Assembly: GCA_945917765.1 (NCBI GenBank)
Contig: CAMEHU010000003.1
Coordinates: 8,719-72,718, forward strand
From: an uncultured Lachnospiraceae bacterium
GTDB taxonomy: Bacteria; Bacillota; Clostridia; TANB77; CAG-508
Reading direction: 5' to 3'
Length of the DNA: 64,000 bases
Part shown: in pieces, positions 1-9,231 of the stretch
Position numbering within the stretch: position 1 is the first letter of the stretch
Layout: each line of letters starts with the position of its first letter
Translations under genes and position numbers: made by a program
The notes under the pieces: model-generated
The model's database searches: none
Told to the model about the DNA's origin: nothing
The model's input: the letters and a program-made list of their open reading frames with translations, nothing else

Positions 1-403
1 ACGGTTCATTTGATACTCCATATATTTCCACACCATTATAAATGTTCTTACTAGCCTCTGTTGGTTTAGATGTGCCATTTGATATCTCATTCCAATACTC
101 CCAATTAAGATAAAAAATTTTATCTATATCTCCTTCTTCAAATTGAACATAAAACCATTTTAATTCTTTTGGAAATCTTTCGAATATATCTTTTGTTGGA
201 TATCCTCTAAACTTTTCCATTATTATTTTTCTTTGTTCATTTTCGTATTTATTTTCTAAGTTTCCATTAAGAAGTATATCTTTGGAAATATTTAATTCAT
301 TTAAAGTCTTTTTTAGTCTTTCGCCAAATCTTTTTGAATTTATTTCTGATTTCAAATATTCTAATAACATTTCGTCTTCACTTGAATTTCTGATAATTTT
401 CAT
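1..403 (-). CDS. hypothetical protein (C-terminus cut by window edge)
   Basis: Minus-strand frame is open to the left edge. ATG at 403..401 is preceded by taaaaggagtgaaacaa. N-terminus reads MKIIRNSSEDEMLLEYLKSEINSKRF. No family recognised. Confidence 0.5.
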   Translation of the reverse strand, partial: MKIIRNSSEDEMLLEYLKSEINSKRFGERLKKTLNELNISKDILLNGNLENKYENEQRKIIMEKFRGYPTKDIFERFPKELKWFYVQFEEGDIDKIFYLNWEYWNEISNGTSKPTEASKNIYNGVEIYGVSNEP

Positions 404-472
404 TTGTTTCACTCCTTTTACATTATAATATCATAAGATATTTTTTATTAAAATACTTTTTAAAAATAAATC

Positions 473-518
473 AAAAAAGCATTGCAGGAAATCATTTAAG
501 ACTCCTTTGCAATGCTTT
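473..518 (-). terminator. rho-independent terminator downstream of the 554..1591 gene
   Basis: Hairpin gcattgcagga...tcctttgcaatgc, followed on the minus strand by a T6 run (plus-strand aaaaaa at 473..478). Confidence 0.55.
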
Positions 519-553
519 AACATATGCTTTAAATACTTATATTTCTGTTGGCT

Positions 554-1591
554 TTATTTGCGTAATGCGGAAACCTCTTTATCCTCATCCTTCCCGTATT
601 TCAAATGATTAACAACAGTAACAATTCCACTTATCAATATAAGGAAATAGAAATTTATTCCTCTATTTAATAACACTGCACTGCTCATAATACTTTCCGG
701 ATACACACTTCTAAAAATCTCTATAAAAGCTCCTTCAGTAACGCCAACTGCTCCTGGTGATGGAATTCCTGAAACAGTTGCAAATAGGACAGATTGCATT
801 GTGATAATTTCTAATATATTTTTTTCAGAAAATCCCAACGCTCTATATGTCCAGTATGTTATGCTGTAATATGCTGTAAATTGAACCAAAGTTGTTAATA
901 TCGTTTTAATTATTAATCCTTTATTTCCTCTAATATAATCAGCATTACTTTGATATTTTGTTAATTCTTTTTCTAATTTTTCTCTTTTACCATCAAGATT
1001 TTTCACTCTAAAAAATTTCATAACTTTTATAGCAATATTTATCAATCCTTTTGTCATTCTTTTTGAAAAAATTCCAATCAGCAATAAAATCAATGCACTT
1101 AAATTCAGTAAAATTCCTATTATAAAACATGTGATCAAAACTCCATTTAAATAACTATAATTAAACATCAAACTTATCAATGCAAATGATATCGTTATTA
1201 CCTGCATACTGCTTAGATTTATCAAGAGTGTTATTGTCGAATTAGATACCGAAATTTTATCCTTATGCATATAATATATCTGCATTGGCTGTCCACCACT
1301 TGCTGCGGGTGTTATACTGCTAAAAAAGAAGCCGATTAATGCATATTTTAAATTTCTTCCAAAATTCGATTTTTCGTGTAAGCTTCTTAATGTTCTTCCT
1401 ATATTTATTGCCTCACAAACAACATATATTAAAATACTTGCTATTCCTATTAAAACAAATTCTATTTTTACTGATGATAGAATATTAAAAATCTGAAAAA
1501 CATCTTGATCTTTTAATAATATATATAATGTTAAACCTATTAATAATACAAAAAATGCTAAGTTTCTAAATAGTTTTTTATTATCCCTCAT
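554..1591 (-). CDS. lysylphosphatidylglycerol-synthase-TM-like / flippase-like membrane protein (UPF0104 family)
   Basis: 345-aa polytopic membrane protein. The segment SSITPAASGGQPMQIYYM and overall layout resemble the LPG-synthase TM-region family. Confidence 0.65.
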   Translation of the reverse strand: MRDNKKLFRNLAFFVLLIGLTLYILLKDQDVFQIFNILSSVKIEFVLIGIASILIYVVCEAINIGRTLRSLHEKSNFGRNLKYALIGFFFSSITPAASGGQPMQIYYMHKDKISVSNSTITLLINLSSMQVITISFALISLMFNYSYLNGVLITCFIIGILLNLSALILLLIGIFSKRMTKGLINIAIKVMKFFRVKNLDGKREKLEKELTKYQSNADYIRGNKGLIIKTILTTLVQFTAYYSITYWTYRALGFSEKNILEIITMQSVLFATVSGIPSPGAVGVTEGAFIEIFRSVYPESIMSSAVLLNRGINFYFLILISGIVTVVNHLKYGKDEDKEVSALRK

Positions 1592-2699
1592 TTTCTCTCA
1601 CTTTCTTAATTTTAATTCCCTTTTCACTTTCTTTTAAATTTTCTTTAAATACATTAAATAAACATTTTATTGTTTCATTTAATACCTTTTTGCTTTCTTC
1701 ATCTAGATTTTTGTATGTTGAAAAAATCTTTTTAGAACTGTCAAACCAGTTTTCTTTTATTTGAGATAATGTGTCAAAATTTGTTGCTGATAAAATCTCA
1801 AATAATGCAACCCAAAATTTTTCTCTTTGCTCACTTTCTAATGATTGTAACCATTTTGATAATGTTTTATCTATAAATTCACTTTCTTTAGTAACTGAAT
1901 CTAAGCTAATAAATTTTGTTCCTAATAATTGCCAACTATATAAACTATGCTGATAAACTCCAGTTTCTGTGCTATGTACTACTGTACATTTTCCATCATT
2001 ATTTAAAATTCTTCCAACAATAGAAGTTTGTGGTATATATGTATGAATTCTTGATTTTATATTTTGATAATTTTCAGTTTCTATAACATTTTCCAAAAAG
2101 CCTGGTCCATCATTATTGTAAACCTCAATTATATTATCTTGAACGTTTTTATCACAAAAAGCAGATGCATATATTGCTAGATTTCCGCCTTTTGAATGAC
2201 CTCCTACTCTTAATTTTCCTGTAGTTTCTTTTGCAATTATGTTTAAATAATCCTTAGCTGCTTTTTGAGCTGGAACAACTTCCATAAAACTCATATTAAA
2301 ATCTTCTTTCCAACCTATTAAAGTATTGTCTGTTCCACGATATGAAACATAGATTGTTCCATCAGGCAACAAAATTGTAATAGCAGAAAATTGTTTTTCT
2401 TGTTCTAGGTCTCTTTTATTAATGTATTTTTTCAAAAATAATTTTCCAAATCTTTCGCTATTCGCTAAAGCTGGAAATAAGTCAACATCTTCTTTTTGCA
2501 ACATTTTCACATTTTCTAATTTAAGACTTTTTAATCTTTGATATGTTTCATTTAGTGTAACTATTTCATCAAGTGCTATTATGCTATCAAATGGAAAATA
2601 TGAAACTCTCGATAAAATTAAATTATCTATTTCATTAAAAGGTGATTGACTAAAAGACAAATCACCTCTCCATTCTATATAATCAAAAATGTTTGCCAT
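1581..2699 (-). CDS. Mbeg1-like alpha/beta hydrolase (DUF2974 lipase-like)
   Basis: N-terminus MANIFDYIEWRGDLSFSQSPFNEIDNLILSRVSYFPFD and nucleophile elbow GHSKGGNLA. I place the start at the internal ATG (2699) behind a GGAGGG RBS, rather than at the ORF-track start 2720, which lies inside the palindrome. Confidence 0.7.
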   Translation of the reverse strand: MANIFDYIEWRGDLSFSQSPFNEIDNLILSRVSYFPFDSIIALDEIVTLNETYQRLKSLKLENVKMLQKEDVDLFPALANSERFGKLFLKKYINKRDLEQEKQFSAITILLPDGTIYVSYRGTDNTLIGWKEDFNMSFMEVVPAQKAAKDYLNIIAKETTGKLRVGGHSKGGNLAIYASAFCDKNVQDNIIEVYNNDGPGFLENVIETENYQNIKSRIHTYIPQTSIVGRILNNDGKCTVVHSTETGVYQHSLYSWQLLGTKFISLDSVTKESEFIDKTLSKWLQSLESEQREKFWVALFEILSATNFDTLSQIKENWFDSSKKIFSTYKNLDEESKKVLNETIKCLFNVFKENLKESEKGIKIKKVRENEG

Positions 2700-2717
2700 T
2701 ATTATTCCCTCCATAAG

Positions 2718-2826
2718 CAATTGGGGACGTGTCCCTGCTGTGCATTTTGCACAATTGGGGACACATCATCTTGGATGATATGTCCCAAATTGTGCAAAAT
2801 GCACAGCAGGGACACGTCCCCAATTG
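2718..2826. repeat. 109-bp nested palindromic element, AATTGGGGACG family, copy A
   Basis: caattggggacgtgtccctgctgtgcattttgcacaattggggacacatcatc-ttg-gatgatatgtcccaaattgtgcaaaatgcacagcagggacacgtccccaattg. Arms are 53 nt with 2 mismatches. It lies 2 nt after the trxA stop and 5 nt before the next RBS. Confidence 0.9.
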
Positions 2827-2828
2827 TT

Positions 2829-3140
2829 CTAATTTAAAGCATTTATGATTTCTTCTTTATCTCTTAGACCAACAAAAGTGTTATTAACTTGACCATTTTT
2901 AAATATGATAAGTGTTGGAATACTCATAACATTATATTGAATTGCTATATCTTGAGCATCATCAACATTTAATTTACACACTTTAACTTTATCACCTATT
3001 TCATTTGCAATTTCGTCAATTATAGGTGACATCATCTTGCAAGGGCCACACCAATCAGCATAAAAATCCACAAGTACTACTTTATTTGATTCTATAACCT
3101 CACTTTTAAAATTTTCATTATCTAATTTTATAACTTCCAT
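2829..3140 (-). CDS. trxA: thioredoxin
   Basis: 103 aa with a WCGPCK active site and a typical thioredoxin length and fold pattern. Confidence 0.92.
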   Translation of the reverse strand: MEVIKLDNENFKSEVIESNKVVLVDFYADWCGPCKMMSPIIDEIANEIGDKVKVCKLNVDDAQDIAIQYNVMSIPTLIIFKNGQVNNTFVGLRDKEEIINALN

Positions 3141-3186
3141 TTTTCATCTTCCTTTCTATATCAATTTGGCCTGCTTAACCAATTAC

Positions 3187-4041
3187 TTATCTTAAATATT
3201 CAACAACTGCCAATCCTGCTTTTGCACCATCGTATACAGCCTTTGACACTTGTAATAATCCCCCTATGCAATCTCCACAAGCAAAAATTCCTTTTATATT
3301 TGTTTGCATATTTTCATTAACAACAATTTTATCATTTTTTGTAATTATACCTAATTTTTTTGCAAATTCTGTTGCACCTGCTGTTCCTTGTGCAATAAAG
3401 ACTCCGTCTGTTTTTAATAATGTTTCATCATCAAATATTACTTCTTCTACCTTATTTTCTCCTGAAATTTCCTTGATTTTTTTAGTAACAATATCCACAT
3501 TATCTGCTCTAATTTCCGGTGCTTTTTCTCCATTAGTTAAAATTGTAATTTTACGTGCAATATTAATTAAATCATTTGTTTCTGAAATAGCATAATTTCC
3601 GCTTCCAATTACAGCCACTATTTTGTTTTTGTAGAAAAATCCATCACAAATAGCACAATAACTAATGCCTTTTCCCTCTAGCTTTTGTATTCCTTGGATA
3701 TTCAATGTATTCTTTTTAGCTCCTATTGCTAAAATAATAGTTTTAGCTTCATATGATTTTTCAGTTGTAATAACTCTAAAAATATTTTTATCTATTTCAA
3801 TTTTTATTACTTCCTCCTGAATTGCTTCAACTCCTACATTTTCAGCTTGTTTAATTCCCTTGTTATATAGTTCCTCACCTGAAATTCCATCTTCAAAACC
3901 ATAATAGTTATCTATTTTATGTGCTTTTAATAAACCTGAATCATTACTATATATCATAAGAACATTTTTGTTTGCTCTTTTACAATATAAACTTGCTGAT
4001 ACACCTGCAGGACCTCCTCCTAAAATAATAGTATCATACAT
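3187..4041 (-). CDS. thioredoxin-reductase-like flavoprotein (short form, lacks the NADPH HRRxxxR motif)
   Basis: GGGPAG FAD motif, CAICDG redox-active disulfide and a GSGNYA second Rossmann motif. ILTNGEKAPE occupies the position where NADPH-dependent TrxB has HRRDxFRA. Confidence 0.8.
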   Translation of the reverse strand: MYDTIILGGGPAGVSASLYCKRANKNVLMIYSNDSGLLKAHKIDNYYGFEDGISGEELYNKGIKQAENVGVEAIQEEVIKIEIDKNIFRVITTEKSYEAKTIILAIGAKKNTLNIQGIQKLEGKGISYCAICDGFFYKNKIVAVIGSGNYAISETNDLINIARKITILTNGEKAPEIRADNVDIVTKKIKEISGENKVEEVIFDDETLLKTDGVFIAQGTAGATEFAKKLGIITKNDKIVVNENMQTNIKGIFACGDCIGGLLQVSKAVYDGAKAGLAVVEYLR

Positions 4042-4081
4042 AAAAATTCCTCCTTAATATTTATGCACTAAATCTTACTCT

Positions 4082-4109
4082 ATTATACATTATTAATAAT
4101 AAATTGCAA
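4082..4109 (-). promoter_or_regulatory. candidate sigma-A promoter for the trx-reductase/trxA operon
   Basis: Minus-strand TTGCAA-N16-TATAAT (ttgcaatttattattaataatgtataat), about 40 nt upstream of the RBS. Confidence 0.4.
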
Positions 4110-4165
4110 GACAAAATTTCATATATATCAAAGTTCTAAAACTAGACATTTTTATCATATACAAA

Positions 4166-5159
4166 TCATATAATAACCAATTTAGTAACTATTGCAAGAA
4201 TGAATGAAATTACTCCACAAACAGGAAATGTAATAATCCAAGCTCTACAAATCTCAAAAAATTTTTTTACATTATATTTTCCACCATTCGATTTTGCAAC
4301 ACCTATTATAGACATTGTTTTAGCATGTGTTGTACTTACAGGAAGTCCGCGTTAAACTTGCCACAAGCAATGTTATAGCAGTAGAAATGTCACTTAATAA
4401 TCCTTCTTGAATATTTAAGTTTGCCATATCTGTTCCAATATTTTCAACAATTCTTTTTCCACCAAAAGAACAACCAATAGCCATAACAACAGCTGTAAAC
4501 AAAATAAGCTCAATAAAATCGAATGGAATTGCATCTTGTGGAATTGGACTATTTCGTAATAGACAAACAAAAATAATTAAAATACCTATAAACTTCTGTC
4601 CATCTTGTGCACCATGCATAAAAGACATTCCGCATGTATTAATAATTTGAGTTTTTTTAATTCTATTCTCACTAACTTTTGAAATATAGTTTTTTAATAA
4701 TTTTGTAATTAGCAAACTAATTAAATACGTTCCTATAATTGACCAAATTAAACCAATTATAACATTTTTCCATTCATTTAAATTAACTGCTTTAGTACCA
4801 TATATTGCAATTGTTGCCCCTGTCAAACCTGCTACTAATGCATGTGTTTCACTTGTTGGTATTCCAAAAATTAGAGCTACTAATGCAAATACAATAACTG
4901 AAACTATTCCGCATGCAAGTACAATATATCCATCTATTCCGTCGTTTATGTTCACCATTGAACTAATACAACTTGCAACCGAAAAGTTCATAAAGCTCAT
5001 TACAACAATTCCAAGCAAATTAAAAACCGCACTTAATTTTGCTGCTTTTTTAAACTCCATAGTTTTAGTTCCAACTAATGTTGCAATAGCATTTGGCGCA
5101 TCTGTCAATGCATTTGTAAAAATCAAAATTGTTATTATTAAAATAATTAAAACATTCAT
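4166..5159 (-). pseudogene. PiT-family inorganic phosphate transporter, interrupted by a 1-nt frameshift near 4347-4350
   Basis: The ORF 4320..5159 carries the N-terminal PiT repeat (FGIPTSETHALV). The second repeat signature, GLPVSTTHAKTMSIIGVAKS..., continues in the +1 frame from about 4347 to a TGA at 4168..4166. The junction reads AGT TTA ACG C GGA CTT CCT. Confidence 0.75.
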
Positions 5160-5268
5160 TGTTCTTACCTTCTTTTAATCAAGTTTTTCATTAGCATAAT
5201 AAATTCATTTAGTAACAAATTTATTATACATCTTTTTTTATTAAAGTCAAAATGTTATTTGCGAATTA

Positions 5269-5297
5269 TTGAAAATTCCCTTAATCATTGTTATAAT
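5269..5297 (+). promoter_or_regulatory. candidate sigma-A promoter for rqcH
   Basis: TTGAAA-N17-TATAAT with a TGt extended -10 (ttgaaaattcccttaatcattgttataat), 57 nt upstream of the ATG. Confidence 0.45.
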
Positions 5298-5353
5298 ATG
5301 AAATGTATTTTTATGACAATAAAATTAATTAAAACAGAAAGAGGTACTAATCT

Positions 5354-7150
5354 ATGGCTTTTGACGGAATAGTAACAAAATCTATTGTTACTGAATTAAA
5401 CCAGCAAATTGTTGGTGGCAAAATTAATAAAGTATTTGAACCTAATAAAAACGAGATTATATTAGGTATTTATAATAAAGGAAAAAACTATGCATTAAAT
5501 TGCTCAATTAGTGTAGATAATTATAGAATAAATCTAACAACAAAATCTAAACCGAATCCACTTAATGCTCCAAACTTTTGCATGCTTTTACGAAAACATC
5601 TAATAGGTGGAAAAATTAAAAACATTACTATGCGTGGATTGGAAAGAATAGTTATACTAGAACTAGAATGTTATAATGAGTTAAACGATTTGATAATAAA
5701 AAAATTAGTTGTAGAATTAATGGGAAAACATAGTAATATTATACTTTTAAATGATAAAAATATAATAATAGATAGTCTTAGACATCTTGATTCTTCAAGT
5801 AATTCAATAAGAGATATATTACCTGCACATCCATATGAATTTCCAGAAATCACTAAAGCAGATTTTTTATCTGTAAAAAGTTTTGATGAATTTTATGATA
5901 TTACTAAAGATTTAGATTCCTTAGATTCTGGTTTGTCAAATACATTTAATGGAATTAGTAAATTATTTATTCAAAATATTATAAATGAATTAAATTTGGA
6001 AAATGTTGCTACTAAAGAAAATTTGAAAGAAGTTTATAATTATATTTGCAAATGTTTAAATTGCAGTGTTTCTTTTAAAAATTTTAATAAAGATTATACT
6101 ATTACTTTGATAAAGAATGATTCTTCTGAAATTACTCTTACAGAAATTGATAAAAATTCTTTTTCTGAAAAAAATCAAACAAAGAATAATTTACAAAAAA
6201 AAGATTCAGAGACTGAACAACAACTTCCTAACCTTAACTTCTTTATAGATGATTTTTACACAGAAAAGGAACGTAATTCTGACTTTATAAACTACAGAAA
6301 CACTGTATTAAAGCTTGTTCAAGCAACTTTAAAAAAGATAACAAAAAAACTTCAAAATATAAATTCTAAATTAAAAGAATGTGAAGAAAAAGATAAATTT
6401 CAATTATATGGTGAATTAATAACAGCCAATATGTATAAATATAAAGATTTCGACGAGGACTTTATTGAAGTTGAGAATTATTATGATAATAATAACCTAA
6501 TAAAAATACCAGTAAATAAACATATCTCACCTTCTCTTAATGCAAAAAACTATTATAAAAAATATAACAAACTAAAAAATGCATTAGAAATAGTAAATAA
6601 ACAAAAGGCTGAAACAATTGAAGAACTAGACTATATAGAAACAATTATTTTTTCGCTTGATAATGCAAAAGATTCAATTGATGTTGAAGAAATCTACAGT
6701 GAAATCAAAGAAAATGATTTATTTTTTAGCAAAAAAATTAAGCCATCCAAAAACATAAAATCAACGAAAATGAAAAACAAAAACAAAAAAGCAGACAAAG
6801 AATATATCCCTATTGAATACAAAATAGAAGATTACACATTTTTGGTCGGAAAAAATAATAAACAAAATGATTATTTATCAACGAAACTCCTAAAATCTCA
6901 TGATATCTGGTTTCATACCAAAGATATCCATGGAAGTCATGGCATTTTACTTACAAAAAACACCACACCTTCAATTGATATAATAATAAAATGTGCACAA
7001 ATAGTTGCATATTACAGCAAGGCTAGATTATCATCAAATGTTCCAGTTGACTATACCTTAGGAAAATATGTAAAAAAACCATCTGGAAGCAAGCCTGGTT
7101 TTGTGATTTATACTAATAATTCTACTATTAATGTTAATCCGAATTTCTGA
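5354..7150 (+). CDS. rqcH: ribosome quality-control protein RqcH (NFACT / FbpA-like, with C-terminal DUF814)
   Basis: N-terminus MAFDGIVTKSIVTELNQQIVGGKINKV, a central coiled coil, and the C-terminal motif DIWFHTKDIHGSHGIL. Confidence 0.85.
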   Translation: MAFDGIVTKSIVTELNQQIVGGKINKVFEPNKNEIILGIYNKGKNYALNCSISVDNYRINLTTKSKPNPLNAPNFCMLLRKHLIGGKIKNITMRGLERIVILELECYNELNDLIIKKLVVELMGKHSNIILLNDKNIIIDSLRHLDSSSNSIRDILPAHPYEFPEITKADFLSVKSFDEFYDITKDLDSLDSGLSNTFNGISKLFIQNIINELNLENVATKENLKEVYNYICKCLNCSVSFKNFNKDYTITLIKNDSSEITLTEIDKNSFSEKNQTKNNLQKKDSETEQQLPNLNFFIDDFYTEKERNSDFINYRNTVLKLVQATLKKITKKLQNINSKLKECEEKDKFQLYGELITANMYKYKDFDEDFIEVENYYDNNNLIKIPVNKHISPSLNAKNYYKKYNKLKNALEIVNKQKAETIEELDYIETIIFSLDNAKDSIDVEEIYSEIKENDLFFSKKIKPSKNIKSTKMKNKNKKADKEYIPIEYKIEDYTFLVGKNNKQNDYLSTKLLKSHDIWFHTKDIHGSHGILLTKNTTPSIDIIIKCAQIVAYYSKARLSSNVPVDYTLGKYVKKPSGSKPGFVIYTNNSTINVNPNF

Positions 7151-7152
7151 TT

Positions 7153-7472
7153 CTGGTGAATAATTTTCGGGACGGCTCTAAAATAGATTTTTCCGGGAAT
7201 ACGTTGCTGGATATTGTCGAAATATGTAGATGGAGTTAATATATTAAAATGGAGCACAAACGCGCAGTTTGGCAAGGTTTGGAAAATTAATAAAAGGAAC
7301 AAACTAAACAAAAACTTTCTTCTTGTTTATTGTTCCTTTTATTTTTTTCCAAAGCCGAGCCAGCAAGTTTGCGTAATTTAATATATTAACTCCATCTACA
7401 TATTTCGACAAAATCCAGCAACTTATTCCCGGAAAAATCTATTTTAGAATCGTCCCGAAAATTATTCACCAG
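7153..7472. repeat. 320-bp near-perfect inverted repeat (MITE-like), flanked by a 4-bp direct repeat GATT
   Basis: The left arm ctggtgaataattttcgggacggctctaaaatagatttttccgggaata... matches the reverse complement of the right end over about 100 nt with few mismatches. The inner arms pair again (ttggaaaa..ataaaaggaacaa). GATT is present at 7149..7152 and 7473..7476. Confidence 0.8.
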
Positions 7473-8010
7473 GATTTAAGAAATTCTGTATCTCCTCATT
7501 TTTCAAAACCTCAGGATTTAAACACCCTTTTACATAATCAACAGTTTTTCCGTTTTGCTTCAAAGCAGCCAAAGCAATATCAACATCAGAGCGTGCATTA
7601 AGACTTGCATATTTGACAATAATTCCTTTATTTTTAACAGCCTCTAGCACAACCTCTTTGTCATCCCTTAATTCTTTTGACGCGTAATACAATGCTTGTC
7701 CATCATTTTTTACTGCTTTAAGTACAACATCTTTATCAGCCCTTAATCTATTACTTGCATAACACATAACCCAACCAACAGTTTCAACTGATTCCATCAA
7801 AACATCCTTATCATCCTTTAATGTATCACTTGCAAACTCTAAAGCCCCTGGATTTTGTTTTACTGCTTCTAGAACTAAGTTTTTGTCATTTTTTATCTCT
7901 GGGCTTGCCCATTCTAAATATAAGCCTGATTCTTGTAATGCCTTTGAAAATAGCTCTTTATTATCTGAATCTTTTTTTAACTCTTCTACATCCATAAACT
8001 GCGCCTCCAT
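7462..8010 (-). CDS. DUF4116 repeat protein
   Basis: Repeated units of the form DKDVVLKAVKNDGQALYYASKELRDDKEVVLEAVKNKG. The last 3 codons and the stop (NPGE*) lie inside the right arm of the 320-bp inverted repeat. Confidence 0.75.
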   Translation of the reverse strand: MEAQFMDVEELKKDSDNKELFSKALQESGLYLEWASPEIKNDKNLVLEAVKQNPGALEFASDTLKDDKDVLMESVETVGWVMCYASNRLRADKDVVLKAVKNDGQALYYASKELRDDKEVVLEAVKNKGIIVKYASLNARSDVDIALAALKQNGKTVDYVKGCLNPEVLKNEEIQNFLNPGE

Positions 8011-8024
8011 AATAAATTCTAAAT

Positions 8025-8969
8025 CTATTTAGTTTTTTTCTTCTTTCTCTTATATTCTCTTTGCTCAACATTTGGGAAAGCACTAATTAATCTCTTGTTT
8101 AACTTAGACTCACTAACAAATTTTTCCTTTACCTGTTTATTAAATACATTTAACTGATTATCTTTAAGACTTGAAATTTTGTCTGTCAAATCTTTTGCAA
8201 CCTCTTTAATTTTATCATCTATACCCTGAATACGAGCTTTAAATGTTCCTATAAGTGTAACTTGATGATTTTTGATTTTAATAGTATATTTTTTTCTTGT
8301 ATATTTAATATTATTGGCTAATCTAAATCTACTAATATTCATTTTTCTAATTAATAATTCTTTTTCGCTTGTTAATTTTTCAATTGCCGCTTCTGCTGTT
8401 TCTCTAACTTTTTTTGCAATCTCCTCAGTATTATCTTTTTCCTGCTTACTTAGATTCTTGAATCTTGAAATAATATTAAATGAAATCACACAATCAACAA
8501 TAAATACAATTGCTAAAATGATAACCAGCCAATTTAAAGCATTTTTAGGTATCATATATAACTTTTCTAAAATCCAAGGATTCACAAAACTCAAAATCAA
8601 TACACTTATAATACCAAATGGAATTAATGTTTCTAAACATATTCTACCATTAATATTAAACTTTTTCTTACTATAATCCCACCATCTTGCTTTAAAAATC
8701 TTTTCCATTAAATAACTTGTTAAATATTCAAGACTTCCACAAACAATTGTGGCAAGAAAAAACAATAAAACAATATTATCAGAAAAACGTGTTAATAATA
8801 AAGTCCCACTAACAACTCCAACACCATATATTGGACAATATGGTCCAATCAAAAAACCTCTATTTACAAATTTGTGTTTCTCTATAACCCCTAAAGTACA
8901 TTCCATCATCCAACCTGCAACAGAAAAGATTATAAACATAATAAAATAAATTTCCAAATTATAAATCAT
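8025..8969 (-). CDS. membrane protein of the putative ABC-transporter type IV family (PF06541-like) with a charged C-terminal extension
   Basis: N-terminus FSVAGWMMECTLGVIEKHKFVNRGFLIGPYCPIYGVG, followed by TM segments and a Lys/Glu-rich coiled-coil tail. Confidence 0.6.
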   Translation of the reverse strand: MIYNLEIYFIMFIIFSVAGWMMECTLGVIEKHKFVNRGFLIGPYCPIYGVGVVSGTLLLTRFSDNIVLLFFLATIVCGSLEYLTSYLMEKIFKARWWDYSKKKFNINGRICLETLIPFGIISVLILSFVNPWILEKLYMIPKNALNWLVIILAIVFIVDCVISFNIISRFKNLSKQEKDNTEEIAKKVRETAEAAIEKLTSEKELLIRKMNISRFRLANNIKYTRKKYTIKIKNHQVTLIGTFKARIQGIDDKIKEVAKDLTDKISSLKDNQLNVFNKQVKEKFVSESKLNKRLISAFPNVEQREYKRKKKKTK

Positions 8970-9211
8970 TCATTAATTCCCACCTTATATTCAATATTTT
9001 CCATAAAAGGAAACATTTCTTTAACTCTTTTATGAGTAATCACAGCATGTCTAGGTTGTGGATTTTTTTCATCTGCATCTAATAATTTTTGAGTATAACA
9101 ATTATCACTTGTTTTAAACAATAAATATCTATTTCTAACATATGTAAAATAAATTTGATATCCATCATCTAAATTTTTTTCAAATTGTTTAAATGTATAT
9201 TTTCCATCCAT
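8966..9211 (-). CDS. hypothetical small protein (81 aa)
   Basis: ORF overlaps the downstream gene by 4 nt (ATGA coupling). No family recognised. Confidence 0.45.
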   Translation of the reverse strand: MDGKYTFKQFEKNLDDGYQIYFTYVRNRYLLFKTSDNCYTQKLLDADEKNPQPRHAVITHKRVKEMFPFMENIEYKVGINE

Positions 9212-9231
9212 TTCTTAATTCCCTTTCTGCA

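Noticed and set aside
7108-7311. 67-aa ORF inside the 320-bp inverted repeat, considered as a possible element-encoded peptide.
   Set aside because: It begins within the rqcH 3' end, has no RBS and simply reads along one hairpin arm.
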